DNA of 64,000 bases. Source: the human T2T-CHM13v2.0 reference genome, Homo sapiens. The notes beneath the pieces were generated by a model. It saw only the letters and a list, made by a program, of their open reading frames with translations, did not search any database and was not told the origin of the DNA. The translations under genes and the position numbers were made by a program. Positions 44,630 to 62,920 of this stretch are shown here, piece after piece. The first letter of the stretch is position 1. The number at the start of each line of letters is the position of its first letter. The DNA lies in NCBI RefSeq assembly GCF_009914755.1, contig NC_060928.1, one strand, 5' to 3'.

Positions 44630-45140
44630 TGTGTGCACAGTTTCCGACAGTGGTAAGTGACTTAGTAATACCTTTATATTGGCTCTTGTCCTTTCCCTAT
44701 TTAATGTTATCCACTGCTCTTGTGGAATTACCTGGCAATGCTTCTTACAGAAATTATTTGCACTCAAATTTTTTCCTGAGAGCCTATTTCTTTAGGAACT
44801 CAAAACAGAGGGTAATACTGTAGTGATTCTAGGCCATACAGCTATAAAAACTACATTACTGGTAGAAGTGAGGTAGATATTACTTGGCATGCAGTACAAT
44901 CACAGTTACTACTATTTTCATTGTTGGTGAATTGTGATGAGGAACAGATGGAAGAGGATGGACTATTCTTGTGCAAAATCAACACTTAAGAAATATGGGA
45001 CCAATAACGATTATAAGATTACGTACCTGTTAGCTGCGTTTATTACCTTCAACAACATAAGGTAGAAAGAAGATAACAGAATCAATTCAGCCATGTATAT
45101 CTCAGGACACAATAAAAAGCAGAAGGCATCCATGACAGGT
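44630..45140 (+). mobile_element. Old ERVL-class LTR 3' end plus internal sequence; similar sequence resumes at ~47440-47790
   Basis: ttatttgcactcaaat...ctttaggaactcaaaacaga resembles LTR16/LTR33 ends; family uncertain. Confidence 0.4.
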
Positions 45141-45169
45141 TTTATTTTTTCTCATAGTAATTCTTTTCT

Positions 45170-46605
45170 CAAACTTTTATTTTAGGTTCAGGGATACATG
45201 TGAAGGTTTGTTACATAGGTAAATTTTGTGCTTGGGTATTTTATGTACAGATTATTTCATCAACCTGGTAATAAGCATAGGACTCAATAGGTAGTTTTTT
45301 GATCCTCATCCTCCTTCCTCCCTCCACTCTCAGGTGGGCCCCAAAGTCTGTTGTTTCCTTCTTCATGTCCATATATACTCAATGTTTAGCTGCCACTTAT
45401 AAGTGAGAACATGTGGTATTTGGTTTTCTGTTCCAGTGTTATTTTGTATAGGATAATGACCTCCAGCTCCATCCATGTTGCTGCAAAGGACATGATCTCA
45501 TTTTTTTGTTTTTGTTTTTGTTTGTTTTTCCTACTGCATAGTATTCAATTGTGTATATATACCACATTTTCTTTATTCAGTCTACCATTGATAAGCATTT
45601 AGATTGAATCTGTGTCTCCCCTATTGTGAATAGTGCTGTGATGAACACATGTGTGCCTATGTCTTTAAGGTAAAATGATTTATATGACTGAGCATATACC
45701 GAACAATGGGATTGCTGGATTGAATGGTAATTCCACTTTGAGTTCTTTGAAAAATCACCAAACTGCTTCACAATGGCTGAACTAATTTACATTCCCACCA
45801 GCAATATATAAGCATCCCCTTTTCTTTGCAACCTCGCCATCGTCTGTTTATCTTTTGGCTTTTAAATAATAGCAATTCTGACTTGTGTGAGATGGTATCT
45901 TGTTGTGGTTTTGATTTGCACTTCTTTAATGATTATTGATTTTGAGTAGTTTTTCATATGCTTATTAGCTGCATGTATGTGTGCTTTTGAAAATTGTCTG
46001 CTAATGTTCTTTGTTCAATTCTTAATGGGGTTGTTTTTGCTTGTTAGCTTAAGCGCCATATAGATTCTGGATACTAGACTTTTGTCAGATGCATAGTTTG
46101 CAAGTATTTTCTACCATTCTGTAGGCTGTTTACTCTGTTGATAGTTTCTTTTGCAGTATAGAAGCTCTTTAGTTTAATTAGGTCCCATTTGTCAATTTTT
46201 GTTTTTGTTGCAATTGCTTTTCTTATCTTCATAATGAAATCTTTGCCAACTCCTATGTCCAGAATGGTATTTTCTAGGTTATCTTCAAAGGTTTTTATGA
46301 TTTTAGGTTTTTACAATTCAGTCTTTAATCCATCTTGAGTTGTTTTTTGTATATGGTGGAAAGAAGGGGTACAGTTTCAATCTTCTGCATATAGCTAGCC
46401 AGTTACTCCTCCATCATGTATTGATTAGTGACTTCTTTCCCCATTCCTTGTTTTTGTTGACTTTCTCAAAGATCGGATGGTAGTGGCAGAGCTTGGTTCT
46501 CTATTCTGTTGCACTGATCTATGTGTCTGTTTTTGTGCCAGTTATTTTGGTTACTTTAGCCTTATATACTCTATACTGTGTTTAGAGTATAGTACTTACA
46601 GTACA
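45170..46605 (-). mobile_element. Older L1PA (PA13-16-like) 3' fragment
   Basis: aacttttattttaggttcagggatacatgtgaaggtttgttac terminus. Confidence 0.85.
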
Positions 46606-46607
46606 GT

Positions 46608-47434
<827 letters not shown>

Positions 47435-48255
47435 TTAAAGAGACCCTTAAGTCCCATAGCAAATGGGCAAACTGTCTTGAAAATCATAACCAGGACCTAA
47501 TCTTTGGCTTCTCAGAATTACAAAGGATGCTGAGTTTACAGCAATTCTTTTTGCCTAGCCAGCAAATAACCTACACCAAAGCCAAGGCATAGGATTGGGA
47601 CAGCTGGATTGATATATTTGAGAACGTTGAACCTCCATATTCCCCTGAACCCTACAGGTCAATTGAAGACTCTCTTCTCCTAGCTAGATAATTAAGCATC
47701 CTCTTGCATGGAGACAATGCATAGAATTAAAGTTTATAACACACAAAATAATATATGCCCCTCTCACCTTCGAGCTTCTATACCAGGAGTTGTTAACATG
47801 ATATATAACATATATAATTTTAATATGTAATAAATATTATATTATTTATACATTAATATTATATATTATATAAATACTATATGTCTATTTGACAGATAAT
47901 ATATAATAAAAATTATTTTTTTCTAAAATCTGTTTCTTTAAGAAATTTGTAATTGGTTTTGTTAGGCACAAAAAAATGCAGTTCTCTTTTTGTTTCTATG
48001 TGGTTAAACAATTGTTTCAGGTCATTAATTAAGCAATCTATAATTTTTCCCATTTCCCAGTGGTATGAAATGCAGTGACATATTAGCTATACATATATGA
48101 TTAGGTCTCTACCTTTCTTTATATGCTAGTTTTCCATCCCTGTGTTGTTACCACACTATATTATTACTTAAGTGTTATTATTTATTATTTACCTTATTAG
48201 CTGTTCAGGTGAGTATGACTTTGTCCTTAAAATGTATTTTGGCTATTTTGAGCCC

Positions 48256-48613
48256 TGTATTAGTCCATTATCACGCTACTATGAAAAAATACCCGAGGCT
48301 GAGTAATTTATAAAGAAAGGGTATTAACTGACTCAGTTTCCACATGGCTGGGGACGTCTCAAGAAACTTACCATCATGGCGGAAGGCACCTCTTCTCAGG
48401 CGGGCAGGAGAGAGAATGAGTGCAAGCAGGGGAAATGCCAGGTGCTTATAAAACCATCAGATCTCGTGAAACTCATTCACTCTCAGGAAAGCAGCATGGC
48501 AAAAACCGCCCCCATGATCCGATTACCTCCACCTGGTCCCTCCCATGACGTGGGGATTATGGGAACTACAATTCAAGATGAGGTTTGGGTGGGGACACAG
48601 CCAAACCATATCA
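48256..48613 (-). mobile_element. THE1 LTR within a decayed minus-strand L1M (~47950-49200)
   Basis: TGTATTAGTCC...CCAAACCATATCA, 358 bp, TSD AGCCC/AGCCG. Confidence 0.92.
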
Positions 48614-51054
48614 AGCCGATTATTTATTTCACAGATTTTAGAAATAAAGTTCATACAAACACAGAATTAACCATTGGATAATTTGTTTTAGAATTACTAG
48701 AATCTTTTTATGTTACATTTATTAATAGGTATATTGTATTATTTGTAGTGTCTCATTCAGTGATTTTAAAATTTCTGATTGTTATTTGTGTGTAAGATTG
48801 CAATTTACTTTTGTATATTAGTTTCATATATAGCAATTCTGATAGACTTTCTGATTTGAATAATTCAGCAATTTGTTTTAGAAAAACATAAATATGTATA
48901 TTGCATTAATTAAAACATCAAATTCAACGTTAAATTGGAGAGATGTTAAAGAACATCTTTGTCTTGATCCTGATTTTTAAAAATTATTCTAATCATTCAT
49001 TATTAAGTAGATTATTTCCTCAAGGTAGTTTCCTTGTTTTATTTTTTCTTTTTGTTTAATAGCTGTTGTTTCATATTTTTCATCTGATTAAGAAATTTCA
49101 CTGCTATTTTTTAATCAATAAGGGTATTGGGCTACATTTAAGACTTTTCTACATTTGTTGCTTAATAGAGTCAATTAAAGTTTGAAGTACCTTTTTAAGA
49201 AATTTTATTCAAAGCTCAATCTGAAAAGCATGAAGGTTTTACTACATTAAGGGCTTCAGGAATTAATGGACAATATGTTTTAGTCTTTACATACTTTCCT
49301 TTTTGGGGGTGCAAATGGAAACATTTGAAAGTGTTCACTTAACTGTGCTCTATTTTTATATAATCATGCAACTACCGCAGGGCTAAAATAAATTTATTTT
49401 TGGCAGCAGGAATAGCAAAAGATCATTTGAATCAATACACTTAGAAATGTATTAGAATTTGCCTAGATATTTTTGTGCTTTTTAAAACTGTTCTCATGTG
49501 ACAATATTTTTGCCAAACTTTGGTAGAATTTCTCAACTATATTGATGAATTTGAGTTCCTGGAATTTCTAACTCTATTTAATTTGATGTCTCAAAAATAT
49601 TTTCAAGTGAAATATAATCAGTTCTATCAAATTCAGTACATGCTTCCCCCTTCAACGTACATACACAACACACACACACACATAGGCACACACACACACA
49701 TTTTCCCACAGGCTTATTTTTCTGTGAAATGATATTTTCTCATAGAATTATGATGATTATACAACATGGATACAAACTATATAAAAATCTGCAATCAAGT
49801 TATTCTGTAATTTGAATCTATTTAGACCTTTCATTGAATGACTTTGAACAAATAAATTCTTAAGGCCTGTAAAATTATCTCTCATTTAAAATCAAATGTG
49901 AGTGATTTCCAAACGGCTTATTAAAACACAATAACGCTAGGATTACAATGTCTTGTTTATCATTTTGTTGTTGTTGTTATTTTTATTGTGTTACCTTTGT
50001 TACTTCCTCAGGAAACTAGGTATTGAACATTTTTAGATCAGACAATAATATTTTCCAGCATTATTTTGAAACCTAGTTATATTTTAATTCAATGATCTTG
50101 AAAATTATATCAGATAATCCTGGATATTAATTAGATGTTAGTGGAAATAGTTTTAGAAGTTTTAATATATAGTATTGAATAAAAATTGTGTCATTTTACT
50201 GTTTAAAATTATTTTAAACCTATTAATGGAGCCGATATGTTGCTAATGAAATCTGCTTAAACTTTTAATGTATTTATATCTTTGTTTTAATTTATAAATA
50301 GCACTAACTCTAACCTGAAAAAGTCTTGATAAATATAAAAAAAAACTAGTGCTTGGAGAATAACCACAGAATTTCCTAATAAATATATTGTGTGTGTTCA
50401 TCTCTGTTTTGGATATATATATATATATTTAGATGAAACTTTATCATTTTGCCATCAACAAAATTATTAAATTCCTAATAATTTGGACTCATCATACTTA
50501 TTCAGCACTATCAATCATCATCCACATGAGGGCAGCATATCCTAAAGGATGTAGATTTTAATATTACAGTTTCGAAAGTGCTTTTACACAGTTTCATGTT
50601 GAACCCTAGCAAAAGTTGTCTATTCCTAACTTTATGCTATAGATGAAGAAATCAAAATCAGAGAAGTTGAGGAATCCCTGGCAAATGCAAACTGGAATTA
50701 TGTTCCATTTTCACCAATTACATATTTCTTATTCACTTACATTTTAACTACAAAACAGTAGTAAGAAAAGCATGGGCAAAAACTTATGCATATGTTTCTT
50801 TACTCCACTATCTTTAATTAGAGATGCCACATACACAGAAGGTAATTTCAAGTGGGACAATGAAACTTAAAGACGACTATTCCAAAAAAATAAAAATCTT
50901 TGGCAAAGAAATTTCAAAGTGTCATTAGTTTTAGATTTGTGTAGTAATGATAAGCTACAATCCTAGCTAAACAGAGAATTTACAGCTTGCACTTTTCCAT
51001 TTATTATTTCCCTTAATGAACTGTTGCATATTCTAGTTAGAAGATAAAAAGATT

Positions 51055-52435
51055 AGTTTTAATTATTACGGATACATAATAGTTGCACATATTTATGGGG
51101 TACATGTTGTTTTGGATGCAAGTGTAAAGTGTATAATGATCAAATAAGGGTAATTGGGATACCGATCGCCTCAAGCATTTATCTTTTTTTGTGTTGGGAA
51201 AATTTCAGTTCAACTCTTTTAGTTCTTTTAAAATATACAATAACTTACTGTTTACTATAGTCACCTTATTATGCTACCAAACACTGGATCTTATTTATTC
51301 TAACTTGATTTTTGTAGCCATTAACCACGCCCTCTTTATACCCCCCATTCTCACCACCCTTTCCAGCCTCTGGTGACCATCCTTCTACTCTGTATGTCCA
51401 TGAGTTAATTTTTGTTTTTAGCTCCAACATAAGAGTGAAAACATGCAATATTTTTCTTTCTGTGCCTGGCTTATTTAATTTAACGTAACTGGAGGACACT
51501 CCATGTTATTGCAAATGACAGGATTTCATAATTTTTATGGCTGAATAATAATTCATTGTGTATTATGTACCAGGATTTCCTTATCCGTTTATCCATTGGT
51601 GGAAATGGATGTTGATTTCACCTCTTGGCTATTGTAAATAGTCCTGCATTAAACATGCATGTGCACATATTTCTTAAATATATTGATTTCCTTTCTTTGG
51701 ATATATACCAAACAGTAGAATTGCTGAACCATATGGTAGTCATATTTTTAGTTTTTTGAGGAAACTACACAGTTTTCCATAATGGTTGTAATAATTTACT
51801 TTTTCACCAACAGTGTACAAGGGTTCCCCTTTTTCCACATCCTCATCGCCATTTGTTATTGCCTACTTTTTTGAGTAAAAGACATTTAAACTGGGATAAG
51901 ATATCTCATTATAGATTTTATTTGCACTCCTCTGATGATTAGTGATGTTGAGCATTTTTTCATATACTTGTTGGCCATTCTTCTTTTGAGAAATATCCAT
52001 TCAGATCTTTTACCCATTTTTAAAATTGACAATTTTTTTTCCCTACTGAGTTGTTTGAGCTCCTTATAGATTCTGCTTATCAATTCTTTGTCAGATGGGC
52101 ACTTGGCAAATATTTTCTCAGATTCAGTGGGCTGTCTCTTCACTTTGTTGTTTGTTTACTTCACTGTACAGGAGCTTTTTAGGTTGATGCTATTTCATTG
52201 TCCGTTTTTGCTTTGGTTACCTGTATTTTTGAGGTCTTACTCAAGAAATATTTTCCCAGAACACTGTCCTAGAGTGTTTCCTCAACATTTTCTTATTGTA
52301 TTTTCATGGTTGAGGTATTACATTTAAATATTTAATCCTCCTTTATTTAATTTTTATATATGGCAAGAGATAGGGGTCTAGTTTCATTTTTCTGCATACA
52401 GATATACAGTTTTCCAAGCACCATTCATTGAAAAG
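51055..52435 (-). mobile_element. L1MA-like 3' fragment
   Basis: gatacataatagttgcacatatttatggggtacatg 3'UTR and ORF2 C-terminal peptide (51886 ORF). Confidence 0.85.
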
Positions 52436-54654
52436 TCTGTCAATTCAGCAGTGTATATACTTGGCATACATTGTCTGTGTAATCTCTTGATAGTTTCTCT
52501 TATGGTGCAGAAGTTCTTTAATTTAATTATGTCCCACATGCCAATTTTTGTTTTTGTTGCAATTGCTTTTGGAGACCTATCCAAAAATATTTTACCTAGG
52601 CCCTTGACAAGAAATTATATCCTAGGTTTTCTTCAAATATTTTTATAGTTTGAAGTCTTCCATTTAAATTTTTATTATAGTTTGAAGTCTTCCATTTAAA
52701 TATTTAATCCATCTTGAGTTAATGTTTGTATAGGGTGAAATATATGGGTCCAATTTCATTCCTCTGCATGTGGCTAATCAGTCATACCAGCACCATTTAC
52801 AGAATAGGGAGTTCTTACCCTATTTCTTGTTTTTGTCTGCCTTTGTTGAAAATCAGATGCTTGTGGGTGGGTGGCTTTAATAGTGAGTTTCTTTTCTACT
52901 CAATTGGTCTATGTGTCTGTTTTTGTAACTGTACCGAGTTGTTCTGATTACTGTAGCCTTATAATGTAGTTTGAAGTTGGGTAGTATAGTGCCTCTGGCT
53001 TAGTTCTTTGGCTTAGAATTACCTTGGCTATTCACACTCTTTTTTGGTTCCATATGAATTTTAGAATAGTTTACTTTCTTCTAATTCTGTGAAGAATGAT
53101 TTTGGGAGTTTTATAAGAATATTATTGAATCCATAAATTGCATTGAGTGGTGTGACCATTTTGATATTCATTCTTTGAACTCATGAGCATGGAATGTTTC
53201 CCATTTATCTCTATCATCTCTGATATCTGTCAGTGGTGTTTTGTAATTATTCTTGTAGACATTTTTGACCATTTTTGGTTAGCTGTATTTTTAGATGTTT
53301 CATTTTCCTTTGGTTATTGTAAATGGTATTGTGTTATTGATTTGGTTCTCAGCCTGGAGGTTAATGGTATATAGAAATTGCTGATTTTTGTGCATTGGTT
53401 TTTTATCCTGAATCTTTACTAAAGTCATTTATCAGTTTGGAACATTTTTATGGAGTCTTTAAGGTTTTCTAGGTAAAGAATAATATCAAAACAAAGAGAG
53501 ATAGTTTGATTTATTCTTTTCCTATTTTGATGCCTTTTATTATTTTATCTGGTTGATTTTTCTGGCTAGGACTTTCAGCACTATGTTGAATAGGAGTGAT
53601 GAGAGTGGCCATTCCTAACTTATTCCAGTTCTCAAGTGGAATGATTACAGCTTTTACCATTCAGTTGAGGTTGGCTGTGGATTTGTAATAAATGGCTCTT
53701 ATTATTTTGACATATGTTCCTTCAATGCCTATTAGTTGAGGTTTTTACAATAAAGGGATGTTGGGTTTTATCAAAGCCTTTTTCTGTGTCTACTGAGATG
53801 ATCATATGGCTTATGCTTTTAATTCTGTTTATGGGGTGAATCACATTTATTAATTTGTATATGTTGAACCAACTTTGCATCCCAGGAATAAAGCCTACTT
53901 CATCATGATGAAGTAGCTTTTTGAGGTGCTGCTGGATTTGGTTTGCTAGTATTTTGTTGAGGATTGTTGCTTCTGTGTTCATCAGGGATATTGGCCTGAA
54001 GTTTTCTTTTCTCATTGTCTTTCAGCAAGATTCTGGTATCATAGTGATGCAGGCTTGGTAGAATGAATTAGGGAAATGTCACTCCTCCTCAATATTTTTG
54101 GAATAGTTTTAGTAGGATAGGTACCAGTTTTTCTTTGTACTTCCGGTGGAATTTAGCTGTGAATCCATCTGGTCCAAGGCATTTATGGTTGATAGGTTTT
54201 TTTATTACAGAGTCAATTTGAGAGCTTGATATTTGTCTATTCAGGGCTTCAATCTCTTCCTGATTCAACCCTGGGAGAGTGTGTGTTTCCAGGAAATTAT
54301 CATTTTCCTGTAGATTTTCTAATTTGTGTGCATACGCTTGTACATATTATTTTCTGAGTATCTTTTCTATTTCTGTGGGATCAGTTGTTATGTCATCTAT
54401 GTCATTTCTGAATGTGTTTATTTGGATATTCTCTCTTTTTATTTATTAATCTAACCAGTAGTCTATTAATCTTGTTTATTTTTTCAAATAGCCAACACTT
54501 GGTTTCATTGATCTATTGTATAGACTTTTATGTCTCAATTTTGTTCAGTTATTCTCTAACTTTTGTCATTTCTTTTCTCCTACTAGCTTTGGGGTAAGTT
54601 TGTTCTTTTTTTTTCTATTCCCTTAGATGCAAACTTAGATTGTTTATTTGAGTT

Positions 54655-57781
<3,127 letters not shown>

Positions 57782-58013
57782 TATTTGAGATCTTTCTAAT
57801 TTCTGGATGAAGGTATTTAGCAGTATAAACTTTCTTCTTAACACTGATTTTGCTAAAACCGAGACACTTGGGGGAGGTTGTGTCTCTATTTTCTTTAATT
57901 TCAAAGAATTATCTTATTTTTGTCTTAATTTCACTGTTCATCCATGAATCATTCAGAAGCACGTTGTTTAATTTATATGTATTTGTTTAGTTTTAAGAGC
58001 CATTCTTTATATT

Positions 58014-58406
58014 TGATATGGTTTGGCTCTGTGTCCCCATCCAAATCTCATCTTAAATTATAATCCCCATCTGTTGAGGGCAGGACCTGGTGGGAGGTGA
58101 TTGGATCATGGGGGCAGTTTCCCACATGCTGTTCTTGTGACAGTGAGTGAGTTATCACAAGATCTGATGGTTTAAAAGTGTTTTGCAGTCCCCAACCCTC
58201 TCTCTTTCTCTCTCTTGCTGGCTGCCCTGTGAGAAAAAGTTCCTTACTTTTTCTTCACCTTGTGCCATGATTGTAAGTTTCCTGAGGCCTTCTCAGCCAT
58301 GTGGAGTTGTGAGTCAACGAAACCTCTTTTTTTTTTTTTTTTTTTTTTTTACAAATTACTCAGTCTCAGGTAGTTCTTTATAGCAGTTTGAAAACAGACT
58401 AATTCA
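58014..58406 (+). mobile_element. MST (MaLR) LTR with an internal poly(T) expansion
   Basis: TGATATGGTTTGGCTCTGTGTCCCC...cagactaattca, TSD ATATT/AGATT. Confidence 0.9.
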
Positions 58407-58497
58407 AGATTAAGCATTATTTTTATCACACTGTGGTTCGAAAGTATGCTTTCTATGATTTTGATGTTATTAAATGTGTTGAGACTTGCTTTATGAC

Positions 58498-58872
58498 TGT
58501 ATTAGTCCATTGTCATGCTGCTAATAAAGACATACCTGAGACTGGGTAATTTATACAGGAAAGAGGCTTAATGGACTCACAGTTCCATATGGCTGGGGAG
58601 GCCTCACAATCATGACCAATCATGACAGATAGCAAATGAGGAGCAAAGTCATGTCTTACATGGCATCAGGCAAGAAAGTATGTGCAGGGGAATTCCCCCT
58701 TTATAAAACCATCAGATATCATGAGACTTATTCCCTTTCATGAGAACAGCATGAGAAAGACCCATCTCCATGATTCAAATACCTCCCACCATGTCCCTTC
58801 CATGACATGTGGGAATTATGTGAGCTACAAGTGAAGATGAGATTTGGGTGGGGATACAGCCAAACCATATCA
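58498..58872 (-). mobile_element. THE1 LTR
   Basis: TGTATTAGTCC...CAAACCATATCA with a perfect TSD ATGAC. Confidence 0.92.
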
Positions 58873-60864
58873 ATGACTAAGCATGTAGTCAGCCTTAGAA
58901 TATATTCTATGTGCATATGAGAAGAAGGTATATTCTGTGATTGTGGGGCAGGGTGTCAGTTCCAATTATTCAAGTATTGAGTTTAAATTCAGAGTGTCTT
59001 TGTTAGTTTTCTGCCTGGATGATCTGTCTAATGCTGTCAGTGGGGTATTGAAGTCTCCCTCTGTTATTGTGCCATTGTCTAAGTCTTTTTATAGGCCAAT
59101 AAAACTTATTTTAGGAATCTGGGTGCTCTGATGTTAAGTGCATATAGATCGAATAGTTAATTTCTTTGGATTGTACTCTTTATCATTATGTAATGCTCAT
59201 CTTTGTCCCTTCTAAATTGTGATTGTTTTAAAGTTTCTTTTATTTGACATAAGAATAGTGGCTCCTACTCTTTTTGTTTCCCATTCACATGGTAGATCTT
59301 CCTCCACATTTCCAGTTTGAGCCTGTGGCTGCTGTTACATGGAGATGGGTTTCTTGAAGGCAGCATATGGTTGGGTCTTACCTTTTTATCTAGCTTGACA
59401 CCCAAGTCTTTTTGGTGGGGTGGTTAGCTCATTTACATTCAGGGTTAGTGTTGATATATGAGATTTTGATTTTGTCATCATATTGTTGTAGATTTGGTCT
59501 CTTTACATAATCCCATATTTCTCTAAGGTTTTGTTCATTTTTCAAATTCTTTTAAATTTATTTTTGTTTGACTAAGTTGATTCAAATAATTCACCTCTGA
59601 GCTCTGAGATTCTTTTCTTAGCTTGGTCTATTCTGTTGTTAATACTTTCTATTGTTTTATGAAATTACTATAAATTTTTCAGCTCCAGAAGTTTCATTTG
59701 GTTCTTTCATAAAATGACCTTTTTGTCTTTAACTTTTGGATCACTTTATTAGATTTCTTGGATTCCTTGGATTAGGTTTCAACTTTCTCCTGAATCTTAT
59801 GAACTTCCTTGCCATCCAGATTGCAAATCCTATGTCTGTCATTTGAGTCTATTTAAGAACCCCTGCTATGAAGCTATTGGACTCATTTGGAGGAAAGGGG
59901 ACCTTCTGGCTTATTGAATTGCCAAAATTTTTGTGCTGATTACTTCTCAGCTGGGAGAGTTGGTGTCCCTTTACCTGTGGTATAAGTTGAGTATAGTCAG
60001 TTGGCTTCGTTTCTAGATCTTTTCAAAGGGTCAAGGCTAAGTACAGGGTTTTTATTTGTAGTTGAATTATTCCCCTTGGTTTCACAGGGGGATATATTAG
60101 TAAAATATCTTTGGTGTTATACTTTGGGTTGTGATTCAGTAAATGGTGCTTAAGAGTAATAGGCAGTAGATAAGTTCTTACTTAGTCACATAGCTCCTTT
60201 GGATTTCCTTGCATTTGTAGCCATGTGCTGTGATGCAATGGGAAGAGAGATGGCTCCTTCACCAAGTCTACTCCTGGACCTTAGCAGAGCCCCCTCCAAT
60301 TACTGGCACTGCACTCAATATTTCTTTTTATTAGGTGTTCCAGGCCACAGGGCTCACTCACTCTTTCCAGGCTGGCTTTTTTAATGGAAGCACACTCAAC
60401 TCCTACTCCAGCCCACAAACACAAGCATCTCACTTTGCTCAGCACTCTAAGAGTGTGGGCTACTCTTCTGCTCAAATCATGGCCACATAACTCAGCTTAG
60501 CATTTCCAAGCTTCATGCCACATCCGTGGGGTTCCAGATCAGCGTGTGGCTCTGTCCTTTGGAGTTAGGGAGCATTTTGTCAGCTCAAAAGTCAATGGGG
60601 AAAGTAGGGTCCCCTGTAGCTAGAATCCCAGCAGTCTCATATTTCCTTCGCTTATTCATTTGCCAGAAGTCGTTCAAGAGTGGAAACTAGCTCTAGCATT
60701 TGGGTACCCCACACAGGGCTACTGGCTTTCTTCTTTAGCTTAAGTGTTTGCAATGTGTCTTCATCTACATTCAGCATTTTCCCTATGAAGAGCTTTTCAA
60801 ATTATTTTTGTTTACTCAAAATTTTGTTCTCTCTGTGGGAGCAATTCTTCCTGGCTGCATCTAA

Positions 60865-61120
<256 letters not shown>

Positions 61121-61334
61121 CATCTTCATTTCTTATTTCCTGCTCCTTTAATAAGATCTGTCTTTCAAACCCCTAATTGTTATATTTGTTTATGTTTAAA
61201 TTTTATGCATTCTTGATTTCACCCTAGTTCTATTTCCATAAGTTTTATGACTACATTATACTTAGTAATTAAATAAATGTATCATGTAATTTAGAGTACT
61301 TAATTAATTAGCTCCCTCATATATATAATAGAGC

Positions 61335-62920
61335 TATAATTGTACCTTGGAATACGTTTAATGAAGGAGGTGAAAAGATCTCTACAAGGAAAACTGCACT
61401 ACTGAAATAAATAAAAGATGACACAAATAAATAAAAACATTTTATGCTTATGAATTGGAAGAATCAATACGATTAAAGTATACTGCAGATTTAACACAAT
61501 TTTTATCAAACTGCCATGTCATTTTTCACAGAATTGGAAAAAACCATTCTAAATTTCACGTGGAACCAAAAAGGGGCCTGAATAGCCAAAGTAATCATAG
61601 GCAAAAAGAACAAAGCTCAAGATAATCACACTACCTGACATCAAAATACAATATAAGGCTATAGTAACCCAAACAGCATTGTTCTGGTACAAAACAGACA
61701 CATAGAACAATGGAACAGAATAGAGAGCCCAGAAGTAATGTCACACAAATACGATCATCTGGTCTTTGACAAGCTCAATAATAAGAAGCAATCAAGAAAG
61801 GAATCCCTATTCAGTAAGTGGTGCTGGGATAACTGACTAGCCATATGTAAAATATTAAAACTGGACCCCTATCTTTCACCATATACAAAAATTAACTTGA
61901 TGAATTGGAGACTTAAAGGTAAGAACTAAAACTATAAAAATCTTAGAAGAAAACCTAGGAAATACAATTCTGGAAATTAGCCTTGACAACAAATTTATAA
62001 TTACATTGTTAAAGCAATTGCAAAACCCCCCAAAATTTACAAATAGGATCAATTAAACTAAAGAGCTCCTGCACAGTAAAAGAAATTATTAACAGAGTAC
62101 ACAGACAACCTACGGAATGGGAAAAAATATTTGCAAATTATGTATTTTATAAAGGTCTAATATCCAGAATCTAAAAGGAACTTAAACAATTCAATGAGCA
62201 AAAAAACAACTCCACTAAAAAAATAGGAAAAGGACATAAATAGACACTTCTCAAAAGAAGACATACATGCAGCCAACAAATATATTTAAAAATGCTCAAT
62301 ATTCCTAATTATTTTTATTTTTATTTTTTGAGACAGAGTCTTGCTTTGGTGCCTAGGCTGAAGTGCAGTGGCATGACCATGGCTCACTGCAGCCTTAAAC
62401 TCTGGAGCTCAAGTGCACCCCTCACCTCAGCTTTCTGAGTAGCTGGGACTACAGTCATGTGACACCACACCTGGCTATTTTTTAAAGATTCTTTTTTTTA
62501 CAGATCGAGTCTCACTATGTTGCCAGGGTTGAACATCACTAATTATTAGACAAATGCAAATCAAAACCACAAGATACCATCTCACTCCAGTCAGAGTGGT
62601 TATTATTAAAAAGATAAAAAATAACAGATGCTGGTGAGAATGTGGAGAAAAGGGAATACTTATACACTGTTGGTAGGAATGTAAATTAGCTCACCCACTG
62701 TGAAAGCTGCGTGGAAATTTTTAAAAATAACTTAGAGCAGAACTACCATTTGACATAATAATGTCATTAGCGGGTGTATACGTACTCAAAGGAAAATGAA
62801 TCATTCCACCAAAAAGACATATGTATTCGTATGTACACTGCAGCACTATTCACAATAGCAAAGACATGGAATCAATGTAGATTCTCATCATTAGTGGACT
62901 GAATAAAGAAAATGTGGTGA
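61335..62920 (+). mobile_element. L1 ORF2 3'-region fragment containing a truncated minus-strand AluJ (~62311-62531)
   Basis: L1 landmarks (ggaagaatcaatacgatt; cttctcaaaagaagacatac); the Alu is flanked by ...ctaattatt repeats. Confidence 0.85.

Noticed and set aside
52640-52705. ~28-bp tandem duplication (ttatagtttgaagtcttccatttaaat); similar small duplications at ~10203-10233 and ~38457-38493
   Set aside because: Ordinary slippage-type duplications with no sign of function.
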